In this document: one piece after another, positions 63,121-64,000 of the stretch
How the letters are laid out: every line of letters begins with the position of its first letter
Numbering within the stretch: the first letter of the stretch is position 1
DNA from: Squalus acanthias
Lineage: Eukaryota
Reading direction: 5' to 3'
Assembly: GCA_030390025.1 (NCBI GenBank)
Contig: CM059432.1
Span: 135,534,001 to 135,598,000, forward strand
DNA length: 64,000 bases
Notes under the pieces: generated by a model
What the model was told of the DNA's origin: nothing
Seen by the model: only the letters and a program-made list of their open reading frames with translations
Database searches by the model: none
Made by a program: the position numbers and the translations under genes

Positions 63121-63735
63121 GTTGCTCCACCACTCCCAGATGCCAGCCAGCCAGCCACTCACTGATACTCAGCACAGCCACTGATATTCAGCTATCCACA
63201 TGTGCTCCCACCAGGTTTCACAATCGTGTTTCAGAACAGGCGTGCTTCACGTAGAACAAGGGTTAAAATCATAAAGGCCTTTCAAAATGGCATTATAGAG
63301 CCAATTTAGTGCTTGTTAAGGGCCTTAACAGCCTATCCTGTCTCTTAAAGGCGGGACGCAGGCGGGACCAGCAGACACGATTTCATCAAAATTGCGTGGA
63401 GGCGGGATGGAGGCGGACTTGTGCCCGCCCGCCACTTTTCACAATTTTAACCCCCCACACGCCTCCAAACCCGCCTCCACGGGTCAATGAAAATCCAGCC
63501 CTTTGTCTTCACAAGGGCTATGTGTTGGTCACACCTACCATTGCTATCATGGACAAAGCTGCCTGTGACAGGCTAGTGAAAATATGTTAAGTAGGTTATT
63601 AACTTGACTTGGTTCCCTAATTATCTGGTGGAAGTCCAATCTGACAGCTATGCAGCTATGTTCTTCAGGATTAGGCCAACTCAATGGCGGTACCACCAGG
63701 CCATTCTTGTTGGTGGACATTAAAGTCCCCCATCC
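62585..63735 (-). mobile_element. Degenerate LINE fragment (probably CR1 clade) split by a MITE
   Basis: Resembles the endonuclease-side region of the CR1-clade family; sequence is contiguous across the MITE (AAGACTTT|GTCTTCACAAGG). Confidence 0.5.
62822..63501. mobile_element. Harbinger-type MITE
   Basis: TIRs GGGCTGGATTTT / AAAATCCAGCCC, 3-bp TSD TTT, internal (GA)n tract. Confidence 0.88.
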
Positions 63736-64000
63736 AGAACCTTGTGGGATTGGAATCATATGTTGGCCAGAAGGGTAGGGGTATCAAGTTTCCTTCCCTG
63801 AAATAAATATTTCACAAAGGTATTTCATTCAACTCAATCAGAGGCCTTCTCTGTGACTAAATTGGTAGAAGGACTAAGCTATCATTATGTGTGATCAATG
63901 AATAATATCAAGCATGTTATCAGACATTGATGGCTAAATGCTTTCCATAGATAAATCCTGTCTGGCCCAGATGAATTTATTTAGTGATTAAATTATAAAA

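Overview
Eukaryotic, repeat-dense vertebrate DNA; the SINE/LINE content points to a cartilaginous fish (shark). No prokaryotic genes or CRISPR arrays are present, and almost all listed ORFs are spurious or transposon debris. The only host gene I can support is the 5' end of ATP9B (P4-ATPase lipid flippase) on the minus strand: coding exon 1 (55671-55595), a 31.9 kb intron 1 and exon 2 (23738-23565), with a CpG-rich promoter carrying tandem CRE/ATF motifs. I could not find exon 3. The rest is intronic or upstream sequence filled with CR1, L2 and RTE LINE fragments, Deu-domain (SacSINE1-like) and HE1/V-type tRNA SINEs, Penelope-like element (PLE) fragments, PIF/Harbinger elements (one keeps a spliced Myb/SANT-like gene) and Tigger-type MITEs (one holds a polarised 29-bp minisatellite). 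The most notable signal is a set of minimal type-I hammerhead ribozyme motifs in two short retroelement families. One family is fold-back PLE termini. The other is a ~130-160 bp mini-element whose three copies all sit inside SINEs with 11-13 bp TSDs, two of them at the same SINE position in opposite relative orientations. Repeat boundaries are approximate unless a TSD or TIR is quoted. Family names come from recalled consensus features, not from a database search.
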